A DNA stretch of 64,000 nucleotides from Antedon mediterranea. Its lineage: Eukaryota > Animalia > Echinodermata. Below, in pieces: positions 14,501 to 29,500 of the stretch; the first letter of the stretch is position 1; every line of letters begins with the position of its first letter. The stretch spans positions 2,547,788 through 2,611,787 of the forward strand of contig NC_092676.1 of the NCBI RefSeq assembly GCF_964355755.1. Direction: 5' to 3'. The position numbers were made by a program, and so were the translations under genes. Below the pieces are notes generated by a model that was not told the origin of the DNA, searched no databases, and was given only the letters and a program-made list of their open reading frames with translations.

Positions 14501-17500
14501 AAATTAATTGCTCTCAACAATTTATATTATTAGTATTTTGTCAGTTTAATTTAAAGATTCGACCTTCAAAATTCATGATAATCCGGTGGTGCTATTCCAC
14601 TTTACCATGTTGAGTTACTGTTGCTCTATTAAATCTGAACATACCATCCACTCCTCCCCCCCCCCCTCCCCCCTTTTAGCGGTAGAATGTTTCCATATCA
14701 AATATCATATTTTAAATTTAACTTTTTTTTTACATTTCCTCAATATTGTTTATATCATTTAAGCTATTTATTTTAATATGTTACAGTTAATATTACATTA
14801 ATCTACCATACATGTATTGTGGGAAAAAAAAAATAATTTTAATACACACCTGGGTTTGTTGCCATGAGTCACCAATGCATTGCCAATTATTTTATAGTCT
14901 TCAATAAAAATATTACCATTACTATTATTTGATGTTGATAGCTAGGTGATTCATATTTATTTCATATTTTTTATTAATTCATTATCCTTATACACCTCCA
15001 AATCCTAATCACAAGTTTCCAAATCTACATTACTGTACATCAAATATTCATTTAAAGCTCTGTCTACACTATCATTTTAGTTTGACAAAAAATTGTGCCC
15101 TAATATGATAGTTATATGCCCAAATATGGTAGTGATATGACATCATCATGTCCATATATGGGCACATTTTATTTGATCTGGCCACAGATACCAACAGCAT
15201 TTTCATTTTTTTCCAGTAATTGGCCTTTGGATAACAATATTCATCTATTATGAATAATATATTCATTCGCCTTATTGTTAAATTACATAAATTAGACGAA
15301 TATTTAATAATTAGTTATTTCCATTTTCATTTGTCTATTACAGATAATTTACCCAGATTTACTTCTAGCTAATTATATTTAAATTGTAACCTAATCAATA
15401 CGAATCAATACGAGTTATAGACAAATTGATTATGATCTATCATGCTTGACCGAGTTTGTTGATTTTGTCAGTTACAGTAAATTAAATCAGTTGGAACATA
15501 TTTGTGTAATGCATTTATGAAGAAAGATTTCAGAATTATGTAGATAATATTATTTATATTGTAACATTATGATTATTGAGATTTGAAAATCTGTTGTTTT
15601 TTCTTAAATATTATTTTTATTTTTATTTTATGCCTTTAGGCAATGTGGCCAAGGATTACCAATATTGAATTAATCACTGTCCTATCAGATAGGTGGTAAT
15701 CCCCCTGATACAGGGGCTATTGTGTGAACCAGTTCACCGGGGTAACCCCTCTTTTTCGAATAATGAACTGGGTTCTTTAAAGTGCACACAGGTTATAACT
15801 GTGTACACTGGACCTACGGTTTATAGTCCTTATCCGAGAAGACTTGTTCCACCACCAGAACTAGGAGCGAGTCGGCCTCGAACCCTTGCCGATGTTGTTG
15901 TTGGCTCTTTAGGTACGGTAAACGGCGCCCCTGCCTTAACCGCTCGGCCATATGACTCGCTCAAACCGTAGTGATATGGGGGTAATCTGTATTCTTCTAA
16001 TTTAGCCAGTTGATTCTCGCTACTATATCATAGACTCCAACCTTATTAACCTAACCGTCCATGATGCCAGATCACATATGATTCACATGTACTGCTGTAT
16101 TATGGAATTTGCCTATAATACTGGCTAAATATTGTCATATTTCGCGATACAGAACTGAGAATCTGTTGCGTTTATAAACAAGCGCTTGTGTTTTTTCCCA
16201 TAAGGGCCTCAATTATCTATTTTTTGGCTGCCTCGTTTCTAAATTTCTTGAACTCCTATTATGCCCTATAGTTGTATATCTTCAATATAGCATGTTAAAA
16301 CATACAGTGTTACTATTAAACTCGTCTAACGAAGTTGATCAGAAACCATTGGAATTACAATGAGAGGAATTTAATGTGAAATTAACGAGGCTAATAATAA
16401 TGAACCTAATCAATGTTGTTCAAAGGTCATGTAGCTTATTGCCAATTAGTTTTCATGTAAACATTATTATGGTTGAACTCTACAATTTTGGTAAAATTAA
16501 AGATGTATTGTCTCTCAAAAACATGAAAAATGAAGATTAATGAAAACAGAATTTAAATAGGTCATTCTGTAGTTTTAATAAAGTTATTCACTTCTGTAGA
16601 AAAAAAAACCCCAAAATATTGACAAATAGACAAAATAAACGCTTTCTTTTAACCAAAAACTCTTTTTTTTCTCAATCCAGTTTTTTGTCAAAGTGAATTA
16701 CTGTGACATTAAAATTATGAACAAAATATTTTTCAGGGGACAATATATCTCAATAATTCTCTATAATGTATCTGAAAAAATGACATTTTAAAAACTTTTT
16801 TGACCATAATAAAAAAGATATTGGCACTGACAGAAAATATCAATAACTCATTCGTTTTACCTGCATCTGGCTATTAATGTAAATTATGACTTGAAACCCA
16901 ATTAAATTTGCAAGGTTATTGAATATTACATTATTATTGATGTTATGTATGGATATTTTTTATCTATGGATTTTATTTATGGATATTCTAATAGCTTCGA
17001 AATTTGGAATGCTTAAGTGGATTCAGTATTTTTAAATATTGTAAAATGTGCTGAACTTATTATCTTAAGCTCTGTCTACACTATCAAACTTTATGTGACA
17101 ACAAAATGTGCCCATATCATGTCATATCACTACCATATTTGGGAATATCACTACCGTATTTGGATACATGACACGTTCTTTGTCAAATTAGGTTGATAGT
17201 GTAGACAGCTTACTGCGACTATGGAGTGGAGGCTCAGAAATTGTTAGTAGATGGAAAAATTTTAATAATATTACAAATGATAAAAGATTGCCGTAAATGA
17301 TGATAATAATGATAAAATCTTTATTTTAAAACGGATGGTTAAGTGTATGTATATGTAATAATGACATTTTAAAAACTTTTCTGACCAAAGAAAAGCCCTT
17401 AAAAATGTTGGCGCTGGGTGATGGGTGTACACATTTGGAATTGGTGTGACTGTCCATCACAACTGTACTGTACACCTAAAATGAGCTGATTATAGGCTAG

Positions 17501-20500
17501 TAGTATTGAAGTAGTTGTTGTTCTAAAGCAATAGTTTATCTGTAAATTATACATTTGTAACATTCTATTATTGCCCATATCATTACTATACTTCTTAATA
17601 GGGTGTTTGATTTCCTATCTAGATAAAGGTAATCAAAGTCTATACATCCATTTTATCATATTGTCCGCTATAATCTGTTCTTTTTTATCTATTCATCCGC
17701 CCGTTAGACAGGCGTCACTCTTACTCTGTGAATTGTCTGATTAAAGTGTAGTCAGCCATTTACTTTATTTAGTTTAATTATAATTCGTACTTCTGACCCC
17801 TTTTGTTTTTGAAAATGAAATGCAATTAACAGCTTGAAAGTAAAGTACAACTCGATTCTCTGTACTATATATCCACATATGTGCCATTATGTATTCTGTA
17901 TTATAGGCAAATTCTATATACAGTATCACATGTATATCACATGTGTTGCTATTTTATGTTAATGTTAGGTTTATGGTTATATCCTAATACAGGTGTCATA
18001 TGAGATACTGTATCATAGAATTAGGCTATGATACTGTGCACAATTATATATACATTTACCAAAAATAGATTAAAAGTACATTTTGATTTTTAAACCAACT
18101 ACGCTTTTATCTTCAAGATACATATTTTAATTTCATTACCATTATTATTGTTAATATTTATTTTTAAAATTATATTATTTATTTATCTTATTTTTATTAA
18201 ATGTTCTTTTGTGTAAAAATAACAGAAAAAAAAAGGTGTGACTTGTGTGTTGCTATTCACTCATTTACCATCTTATTTCATTAATGAAATTACGATTTCT
18301 AAAGATGTATTAAAAGTCTTGTATCTGTTAAAAGGACATTTCCTCTAACAATTGAACACTAGAATAAAGGACCATTGTCTTTCAAGTATTTAACGTCTTT
18401 TGTGCTCTTATCTTCACCTGACTTGTCTAGTGGTAGTAATTACCAAAGTACTGTTTGAGTCATAATATTGAATTTAAAATGAGTTTGAAGCCAGCATCGA
18501 TAGAAAAAAACCAAACTATTGGATCTACTGCACTGGAATACTTTGTAGCACGACCTTGGTTATAGTTCTATTGTTATTGTTGGAACAGGATAGTCGGATT
18601 GAGTGACTCATTGAATTGATGTGTTCTGGAACAATAGATTTGTAGTATTTGGAATTGCCCATAAGTTACGTTGAATCTAGGATTACGATCATTTTAAAAT
18701 TTGAAGGTAAAACGTTTTTTAATTCTTTGAAGATAGATTATTGGGCGTTAATATAGTGTGTGTATGGTTAACCTTTAAATTGAGATTTAATTGACGTCAA
18801 TATAGGCAACAGGCTGGATGGTTATGCATATGCCGACATAGAGGAATATACTGTAGGGATCAATATGTATGGATTCGTATGTGGAGGTAGGAATGGCTAT
18901 ATCTATTTAGTTGGCTACTACGGTTAGGTTATACCGTCTAAAATATACAAGAGTTAAATGGATCCATTTGGAGGCTACAGTAGACTAGTAGAAAGATGGA
19001 TAGGTACAGTATCTACTAGGTTATTGTTAAGAATAAATTTGTGGTTGGATTGTAATCGGAATTGGGGATTATCCTACCTGTTGGTAGGTATGATCTAAAG
19101 CTCTGTTTACACTATCAAACTTATGTGAAAATGTGACGTGCCCATATATGGACATGATGATGTCATACCACTACCATATTTGGGCACATCACACTTTTTT
19201 TTCAAACCAGTTTAATAGTGTAGACAGAGCTTTAAAGCTCAGGTACAGGCATGAATTTATTTTAAACATAATATCTGGTTAATTGTACATACCGGTAAAT
19301 CAAATATTTGTAATAAAAATTAATTTCCCTTAAAATAGTCAAATAAAATTCTGCTATAAAAACCAGGAAGACTTTTTTTCAGTAGTTAGGTAGTTAAGCC
19401 TACTGTAATAACATGTCTGATGACTCCCTAGAAGGACAAAAAAAGATGGTGGAATGGATAATTTTTGCTATAGCATAAAAATAAAACTTGAAGTTGAATA
19501 AAAATACCATAATTAACACAAATAAAATCCCAAAAATGATGAAACATAGGGCAAACTATAGATCGATAATTTTTGGAATGTATGATCAATAGAATTTTTT
19601 TGCCCGCACCTGGCCTTTAAGTTTAGATTTAATAATAGGAGAAACTGTAGGATAAATGTCTTACTTTAGGGTCAATACAAAAATGTATTAGGTAACCAAA
19701 ATTTAATGGATTTGGAAGTACACAATATTCTGTATAGTTTTTGTTTTCATTTTGTTGTCGTTTTGCTTTCTCTTGCCTTTCTTTTGGAGACTTTTTGTAT
19801 AAATAGAATTGCATTGATATGATTTGTAGGCCTATAGGGCAGAAAGTATGCAATACAGATATTAAAATGAACATTGCAAAACATATTACTATACTACTGT
19901 ACTTATGATAACCAAACTAAATTAATCGTTCTAAGTAGCTTAGACATTAAAAACAAATTTAAAGTAACTTTAATTTGGTTAAATTGTGAAAATTAAGGAG
20001 CATGCAAAAATAATTGAAAGTGCAGAGTTAAATTTATAACACACAAGAAAGTACAAAGTAATAAATTATTATTAGCTCATTAACTACACCCAAATATTAT
20101 TCATATAAACAAGAATATGGCTTGATATATTAAAATTGGAATTTCACAAAGAATGCATTCGTTGCTTTTAACTCATCTGCTATGAAAAATAAATGAAGAC
20201 GTTTGCCGTTAATTGAGCAATCGTACTCGATATTTTGAATAATTTATAGTTGTGCGTGTTAAATTTCATACAGTGATCGACATAGAGGCACAAATGTTTT
20301 GATCAACATTTGTGAATTCTTGAAGGTGCATTCATGTTTCTGCGTCAAATATATAATAATCAAAATGGCTAATGTATTTTCTGACATTTGGACAACTTTA
20401 ACAGATCAAAGTTCACAACAAATGTTTGAACTTTGACTTTTAAAACAGTTTGTAAACACAATATATGTAACATTTACGAAATTAGAAAAACCCTTTTAAA

Positions 20501-23500
20501 ACATTTTTGCTGTTATTATTGTTTGAAGTCTGGAGGGATAGCAAACAACCCAAGATTCATTAATGAAACCTTCAGAACATAATTTTAGTAATAATTAAAC
20601 ACTTTATTTTTATATTTAAAAGATAACTATTATTTATATATGTCTTAGCAAGGTCAGGTAAGAACATGCATTATTGAAATTGATATCAACATACAAACGA
20701 CATATATAAATAAACATGTAATAGTAATGGTCATTAAACAACATTTGTAGCACTCTAAAGCTACACTATAAAACTTTATGTGGTTAAAAAAATGTGCCCA
20801 TATATGTACATGATGATGTCATATCGCTACCATATTTGAGCATATCACTACCATATTTGAGCATATCACTACCATATTTGAGCATATCACTACCATATTT
20901 GAGCATATTACTACCATATTTGGTCACATTACATTTGCTGTCACAAAAAGTTTGATAGTGTAGACAGCGCTTTACACTGTTAATAGTACTAACTATTTAA
21001 ACACAAAATACAATAGACTGTTCACCTATTAAAGGGACATTCTTTGGAACCAACAAATCAGGAGTGTGTCATCTAGATAGGAGTTCATCATAGTAGTAGA
21101 ATTAATTTACATATATTTCCCCTTTTCTTTTAATAGAATGTCCCCTTAATTGTGATATCCTCTGAGAGGTGGAATTTACTGCAGTCGAATTCTGATCTTT
21201 CTTTCTGCTTTTTTTTGCGTGCCAGGTACTACAAAACATCTTAGAAAAAAGGGCATTCTATTTCAGAAGCCATAATTGATTTATTTTTACAGTAATTTCC
21301 TTTGTGATATTTTAATAGTTGTAGTTTAGCTATTCAACACATTTTTTATTCAGATTTCAACGCAGAATGTAAATCTGTTACATGCTCGCTTTAAGACCTT
21401 GTACGGCAAGCATATCAATCAACCACAATAAGCAATTTCCTACTTATGTCACAACATGAATTTGACACCATATTGGTTGTAAATCGTGTTCTTATTTCTC
21501 ATACCTGTTTAACTTATGCCAAGAATCTCATTTTAAGATGTTGGAAATATTGATGATGATTTTACTGTCCTCATTTTCCTTATGGTAAATGAGCATCTAT
21601 TGTAACCTTTGTTCGTGACCTTTTGACCTCCACTTCAATGGCCGCCATCTTTGATTCTTGTGCCAACATTATTGGTTATTTTCTCTCCAAATATTTTAAT
21701 CATGACCGCCAATGGTCAACATCTTGGCCTGGCTTCTGCATTTGTTATGTAACTCCCAGCGAGCTAAATGTACTCATGCGATTTGATAAATTATCTTTTC
21801 GTTGTCGTTCAACAATTAATGTAATCTCTTTCTTAGTCTCTATGGTCACATGGACTTCAAGTTTAATGTAATCTCTTTCTTAGTCTCTATGGTCACATGG
21901 ACTTCAAGTTTAATGTAATCTCTTTCTTAGTCTCTATGGTCACATGGACTTTAATCTAGTAATCATTAGCTTCTTCAGACATGATTTATGCGAGTATAGT
22001 TTACTTAATTCTTATTTTATTAGAATATAATAAATAAAAAATTTATCTGCAAACTGAATCAATATACCTTGCCTACTAGCGTGTCGTTTATTGTAGCGTG
22101 CATGGTATTTTCATAGGTTTCAGGAACTGCCTCTTTATACGATTTACATTATAGTTGTATAATATTACCTTTTATGACAGGCTGATAAATGTTTGCAATA
22201 AAAGTTTCAATCATGCAACGACACTAGAATATTTTTTATTGATTTTTTAGGCAATTCACTTTATTTTAAGCGATAATCTACGAAGGTTGAATTAGATTTT
22301 CCTGTAAACAAAACGAGTTGTCATCATCTGGATAATTTGTTAAGGAGAGAGACATTAAAGATATATTATCCCCCTAACAATTTTTTATGCCATTTTAATG
22401 TCAATAGTTATTCAGTTTGACCAAAAACTGGATCGGGAAAAAAAAATATTTACCTGGAAAAATATAATTTAAAATGTTCTTTGATTAAAATTAAATGTTT
22501 CCTTTTTTATAAGTGAACTAATTTTTTTTTACAGAAGTGAAAAACTTTATTAAAACTGAAAAACAGCTTATTTAAAGTCTGATTTTATTTATCTTCATTT
22601 TTTATGTTTTTGGGGATGATACATCTTTCATTTTTTAAATAAACACTACTATGCTTTATTAATTGTTTTCACTTTAAATACCAGCTTACTGTTTTTCAAA
22701 GTAGTTTTAAAATATCATTGAATAGAAGAGGTATTAAAGTTTATAGCTGTGTCATCATGGTTGGTTATTGCATAACATGTTAGACTAAGTACCAGTTTAT
22801 ATTCAGTATTATTTTTTTGTTGCTTCCAAAATAAAATTCACCGTAAACCTAAAATATTCAGAGGATCAAATGCAAGGTATTTCTTTGTATTTTTTAATTC
22901 TTGAGCTTATTTGACATCACAATATGTTGTTTAAATTTAAAGTCTAACTACAATTTATTATTATTCTATGATAGAATAACACCATGTTATCTTTAGACTA
23001 GAACTTAAAATAATCTATTTTATTTCAGTTTTAATTTTTAATGTTTGTATCAGTATGATGCCAAAATATCTTCATTTTAAAACTTTTTATTGTTTTCAAC
23101 TTTTTGGTAAAGATTTACCTTTTTATATCTTCATATTTTTAATGTTTCATTTCTGTTATATTTATATACTTTTAATTTTGTTTGAGCAAAGAAATTTAAG
23201 TTTCTAAGCAAATTGTTCAATGAGTACAACATTGTGAATTCCATTCGATAATACAAACAAATTTGAGAACATTTTTCTTTCTCTTCTCATAAGAAATGCT
23301 AAATATATTTGTAGGTTGTTAAACAAGAATACATTACACATTTTACTGTCGACATAGTATTTTATTGAGATTGTGATACATTAACGCTACATCAAAATTA
23401 CACCAATAACATGAAAATTACACCAATTTTGATCAAAACTTCATTATGTTAACGGTTTTCCAATCACAATGTTCACACGTTCGTTACTCGTTGTTCCTTA

Positions 23501-26500
23501 TGCATTATTTCAATGAACTGCTGATGGACGTGGTTTGTAATACCATCATTTCAAACTCTCATCATTTTATTTCCGACTGACTGCAAACACAATATTGCTT
23601 CAAGCGTTATTAGTGATGATATTTACTCGCAGCAATGTCCACTCTTCTGGGATGGTAAACAAACATTTTAATGTCACTTTCTTCGGAAACTAAATGAAAA
23701 ATTGACAGGTAATATGTCCCTAGTATTTCAATCAACCTTTTAATATTTTTTTTTTTTTCCTAATTATCCGACTGGTCTAAATGTTGTTAAAATTAATAAT
23801 GGCTGAGAAAAGTTGATGTTTTGAATTGTTTATCATGTTTTTGACGGCTTCTTGAAATGACACGATGCAAACAAGCTTCAAACTGCTAATTGCGTTTTTT
23901 AGTGGACACATTAGCATAATGGCTGCAACTAATGTAGTAGTTAGTAGCGGTTTAACACGGTACATTATTGGTTTTGCCCGTTGCAGACATCTATTAATAG
24001 TTTTGTAACAAAATGACTCAGTTTCTTCTTTTTTTTTTCCTGCTGCATGTACTACTGTACATATATTTTACCACACTTGTGCAATCATTATATTTTGTTT
24101 ATTGCTGAATGCACATTAACATTGAAATATGTTGTAATAACAATCTTGTAGTGCTACTATGGGGCATAATAGATGTACCGTATTGGTTGTAATACAGCAG
24201 GATTTAAAAACTACATATACTAGTTATGAACAGTAGAACCCCATCTTTGGTAAAAACCCTATCTTTGGGAAAAACCCTATCTTTGGGAAAAAACCCTATC
24301 TTTGGGAAAAACCCTATCTTTGGGAAAAACCCCATCTTTTTTAAAAAACCCTATCTTTGTTAAAAAACCCTATCTTTGTGGAAAAACCCTATCTTTGGGA
24401 AAAACCCTATCTTTGTTAAAAAACCCTATCTTTGTTAAAAAACCCTATCTTTGGTAAAAACCCCATCTTTGTTAAAAAACCCTATCTTTGTTAAAAAACC
24501 CTATCTTTGTTAAAAAACCCTATCTTTGTTAAAAAACCCTATCTTTGTTAAAAAACCCTATCTTTGTTAAAAAACCCTATCTTTGTTAAAAAACCCTATC
24601 TTTGTTAAAAAACCCTATCTTTGTTAAAAAACCCTATCTTTGTTAAAAAACCCTATCTTTGTTAAAAAACCCTATCTTTGTTAAAAAACCCTATCTTTGG
24701 TATAAAAACCCTATCTTTGGTATAAAAAAAACCCTATCTTTGTTAAAAAAAACCCTATCTTTGTTAAAAAACCCTATCTTTGTTAAAAAACCCTATCTTT
24801 GTTAAAAAAACCTATCTTTGGTAAAAACCCCATCTTTGTTAAAAAACCCCATCTTTGTTAAAAAATCCTATCTTTGTTAAAAAATCCTATCTTTGTTAAA
24901 AAACCCTATCTTTGGGAAAAACCCTATCTTTGGGACATCCTCCAACAGCTCTATTCAGAGATGTCTCTATTAATGGACACAGGTTGGAGGACACCCCTAT
25001 TAGGGTGACATTTTGTTAGGTTCTGAATTGGAGTTCAACTGTATAAAATATACATTTTATCAGTGATTTTGATAATTTAACTTCAACTATGTTCAACATA
25101 AAAATATATAATTGACAAACAATGATAAGGTGTAGAAACTAATCAAAGCTTAACACAATCAAAGCTATACAATTAAATCATCATAGTATTAATAATATAT
25201 TATTGCGCACCTATCAGTTTAGAATTAATGTTCTTTGCATGTCGTGTTTATATATACTGGGACGAACCCACACGAGACAAAAAAAATATATTGCGTTATT
25301 TGTTTTGATCGAAATGTGCTTAATAGTCAGACAGGAAATATATGCTATTAATAATTATTGAACATTTGATTAAATTTATATTACATGTGAATGCTTTAAT
25401 GTTATTACTGAAGTGTGCATGTATTGATTACACATGTTACTATTTCTAAGTTAAGAGGTTGTTTGAAATAAAGCACTTTTATAAGAATTTTACTATAGCT
25501 CCTTTAAGTATAATTTATTGTGGAAGGAATAAGATATATGTCGTCATTCTCGCTGTGCATTCTCCTCTCGTATTTTCTCGAAACATTAAATTTTTCCGTT
25601 TTCTGTATATTGTTTTCTTTGTAATCAAACATTTTTATGGCCACAAGAAGTCATGAAATGGTTGGAAATGCAGCCTTAGCTGGTTGAAAATGGCATCCCT
25701 AGCTGGTTGGAAATGGCACCCCTAGCTGGTTGGAAATGGCATCACTGATTGCTTGAAAATGACACAAAACTGTTTCTGTGTTTTTGATATGATTATGAAC
25801 TCTGAACTCAACATTTCTGTTGGATGTAAGTTTTTGATTTTTCTAATTTTCTTCTACAGCTAATAATATCAGTGAAGAGAACCTGTACCGAATCAACGGA
25901 GGACGATACGTAAATTACGAGATGATGCAGCGAGGTGAGTTGCCTCCCCCTCCTGGGACCCCTCCTACTGAAATCAGGAAGAAGAAGAAAGGGATTAAAA
26001 AGTTATTTGTCAGGTAAGATCAGTTCATTTCTTTATAGTTTTTTAATTAGATGTAGTCTTACTATATTATTCAATTAATGTATAATGTTATATGTAAAAT
26101 AATATGATAAAAACAACATTAAAACTTAAATACTGTAGATAAGTGATAAGAGAAATTTAATTGATAGATTTGTTTAAGAGATAATAACGTGTATTGGTTG
26201 AAAAGTTTATCAAGAACATGGCATTATGAACAAGGCATTGTAAACAAGGCATAATGAACATGACATGAACATGGCATTATGAACGGAGCATTATGAACAT
26301 GGCATTATGAACATGGCATTATGAACCAGGCATTATGAACATGGTATTATGAACATAGCATTATGAACATGGTATTATGAACATGGCATTATGAACATGG
26401 TATTATGAACATGGAATTATGAACAAGGAATTATGAACATGTAATTATGAACATGGCATTATGAACAAAGCATTATGCACAAGACATTATGAACCAGGCA

Positions 26501-29500
26501 TTATGAACATGGTATTATGAACATAGCATTATGAACATGGTATTATGAACATGGAATTATGAACATGGTATTATGAACATGGAATTATGAACATGTAATT
26601 ATGAACAAGGAATTATGAACATGGCATTATGAACATAAGAAAACAAACTTCAAATGTATGTATTTTTTTTTTACAGGCTGAAGCGTTCTGGCTCAACCCA
26701 AATTGCTTCAGATGATGAAGAAGCACCCATGGGGTTCCAAAGAGGGGGGCGGCTAAGGGCCACTGCAGGGGCACGTCTTGGCTGGTCCAGAGACATCAAA
26801 TCAAATGGGTAAGACATTATGATTATTATTAATAATAATCATTATTGTGTGTAGATTGATGTGAGAATTGTATTAATTTAAGATTAATGAAATTTTAATA
26901 TGTGTTTTTTGCGGAACTTGAAACACCAAACAACTTCTACAAAGGTGCGTGCCGTTTTATCCGTTATTAAAACTCACTGAATAATATTTATAATTCTTAT
27001 TCGCCGATTTAATGTTTTAGATGTTCACTGAAAATAAAACTAGGACTACCGTATATTTCGGTGTATAAGTCGCACTTTTGACACGCAAATTTGACCTCTA
27101 AATTAAGGGTGCGTCTTATACACCGAACATAAATGCCTCACCACACAGATTGTACATAGGCCTAGGCTATCGTCACCTCGTTTGCTAGGCCTGAGTAGGC
27201 TAGGCCTAGCTACAGTAACTAACTAACGTAACGGCAACCTGCTTCTGCCTAGGCCTAGTTTTCAAGTCATTTTAGCATGATGTTATACTAAATATGATGA
27301 AAAGATTTGTTCATTATGGCGCTCCGATAAAATTTCATTTGTAAACGTGTACGACGTCGTACGATTGGAATAGTATTTATTTATACAGTAGTTATACGCA
27401 CGATCGCCGTACCCCAAGTGCAAGCCCTTCTTTTGGTGACACATGGTGTACGGTATTCGACTAGTATATTCTCCAGGTGATTATAGCATGGACCTAGCGT
27501 ACACACTTCTCGGATACATAGATACTAATCGAATACGATTGTCCGTGAAAACGTGCGCCCTCTCAAAATGATCGAGCGAGGCTAGCCCACACACGTGCGT
27601 GTTACACACACGGTCATGCACTCGATGTTGCGGCGAAACTCATGAATAACAAGTTAGAAAGAACTTGTTGAGGCTGGGCGCGGCCGAGCCTAGGTAAGAA
27701 AAAACCTAAATAAAGGACGCCGTTGTAGATATAACAAAATATATTATTACAATAATATTGATTACAATTTAAAAAAACATTGTTTTGATGAAATATAAGG
27801 GGCGTCTTATACATCGACGATATAAAAAATACCGATATTTTACTCTCAGTTGGGGGTGCGTCTTATACACAGGTGCGACTTATACACCGAAATATACGGT
27901 AATAAGAAAATTATAATAGTTGTTTAAAAGCAGACAATATGAACATATTGTAATCAAACAAAATAAGATAACTGAAACCTATATGTTAGTTTCACAACTT
28001 GAATTGCTTAGGTCAAATGTCATCGATCGTTGCCTCTTAAGTGTCCTGTAGATGAATTCTGCCAAGAAGCTTTTAAAACACTGCATTAGTTCAAATATAA
28101 CAGTTATGTGATGAGAGCTTTCCATACATAATTTATCCTTTGCAGTTAATATTTGATGTATTCTGGTATTTGTGTCTACAAACTTTTCTAAATAAAGACC
28201 GTTCTATTATGGTACCCTCCAATTATAGACCAGTTAATATTTGATGTATTCTGGTATTTGTGTCTCCAAAAAATAAAAACCTTTCCATTATGGTACCTTC
28301 CAATTATAGACCAGTTAATAATAATTTATCATTTGCAGTTAATATTTGATGTATTCTGGTATTTGTGTCTACAAGTCTGTTCTATATAAAGACCGTTCCA
28401 TTATGGTACCCTCCAATTATAGACCAGTTAATATTTGATGTGTTTTGATATTTGTTCTGGTGAATGTGCATAATATAAAGTAGAAGTGAAGACTAAGTTC
28501 TTTTGTAACAGATATATTTTTCACAGAATCTAGTTCTTTAAAACATGATCTATCAAATTCAATAATCAATAATTATCAATAATCAATTCCTTCAAATATC
28601 CAGTCCAGTTTAGTGCCCTGCCAAACCAAACAAAGAACAATTGTTGAATTGATTTTATTTGTTATTATTATTCTTTCTAAACAACGTCCTTGAGTCAATA
28701 TTATTTTACAAAACTGTTAATGTAGTAACAAACAGACAGACGTTTTATATTTTACCTTCATCATGGCAGAATAAAAATTATTTTTGACATCAACAATAAG
28801 TTTAATCTGATTAAATTAGAGCAGTTGGCTTCTTACCAAGAGTTTAATATTTACAATTCATCAGATATAACTTCAACCAATTGTCAAATCAAATATATTA
28901 ATATTAAACTAATTATTATATTCAGTTTAACTTTTATTATTATATTAAAATTGCTATTCAGTTTAAGTTAGCAACTGAGTCATCGATACCTGTAATAGTC
29001 TATTTATTTAATAAGCAGTGCTAAATTAGGATTTTGGAATAGGGTAGAGAAGTCCAAAACTTCACAAAAAGACATATCTTTTGCATTATAATTTTCAAAA
29101 ATGTTTAATCTGCCATAGAGGAAATTATCTTTGGAATGCTTTGAAATAGAAAAGTGTGTTATACAGTATGTGTATAATACATGCATTTGCATGTATTACT
29201 ATACATTTTCAAGTGTGTGTGTGTGTGCGTGTCTGAACTTTTGTATTGCTTTTTGTTATATCTTTTAATCAAAGGTTTTCAACCTATAAATAAAAAGTTG
29301 ATATTGCGAGATGTAATTGCGGGATGTAAATGATTGTGGGATATAATTTGCGAGATGTAATTTGCAAGATGTAATTGTGGGATGTAATTTGTGAGATGTA
29401 ATTGCAGGATGTAATTTGCAAGATGTAATTGTGGGATGTAATTGTGGGATATAATTTGCGAGATGTAATTGCGGGATGTAATTTGCAAGATGCATACTTC

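Noticed and set aside
15890-15960. tRNA gene
   Set aside because: The A/B boxes belong to a SINE head; no full cloverleaf, and it continues into a SINE core.
24238-24934. AACCCTA in the array, resembling telomeric repeat
   Set aside because: Only one partial TTAGGG-like motif per 19-bp unit; not an interstitial telomere.
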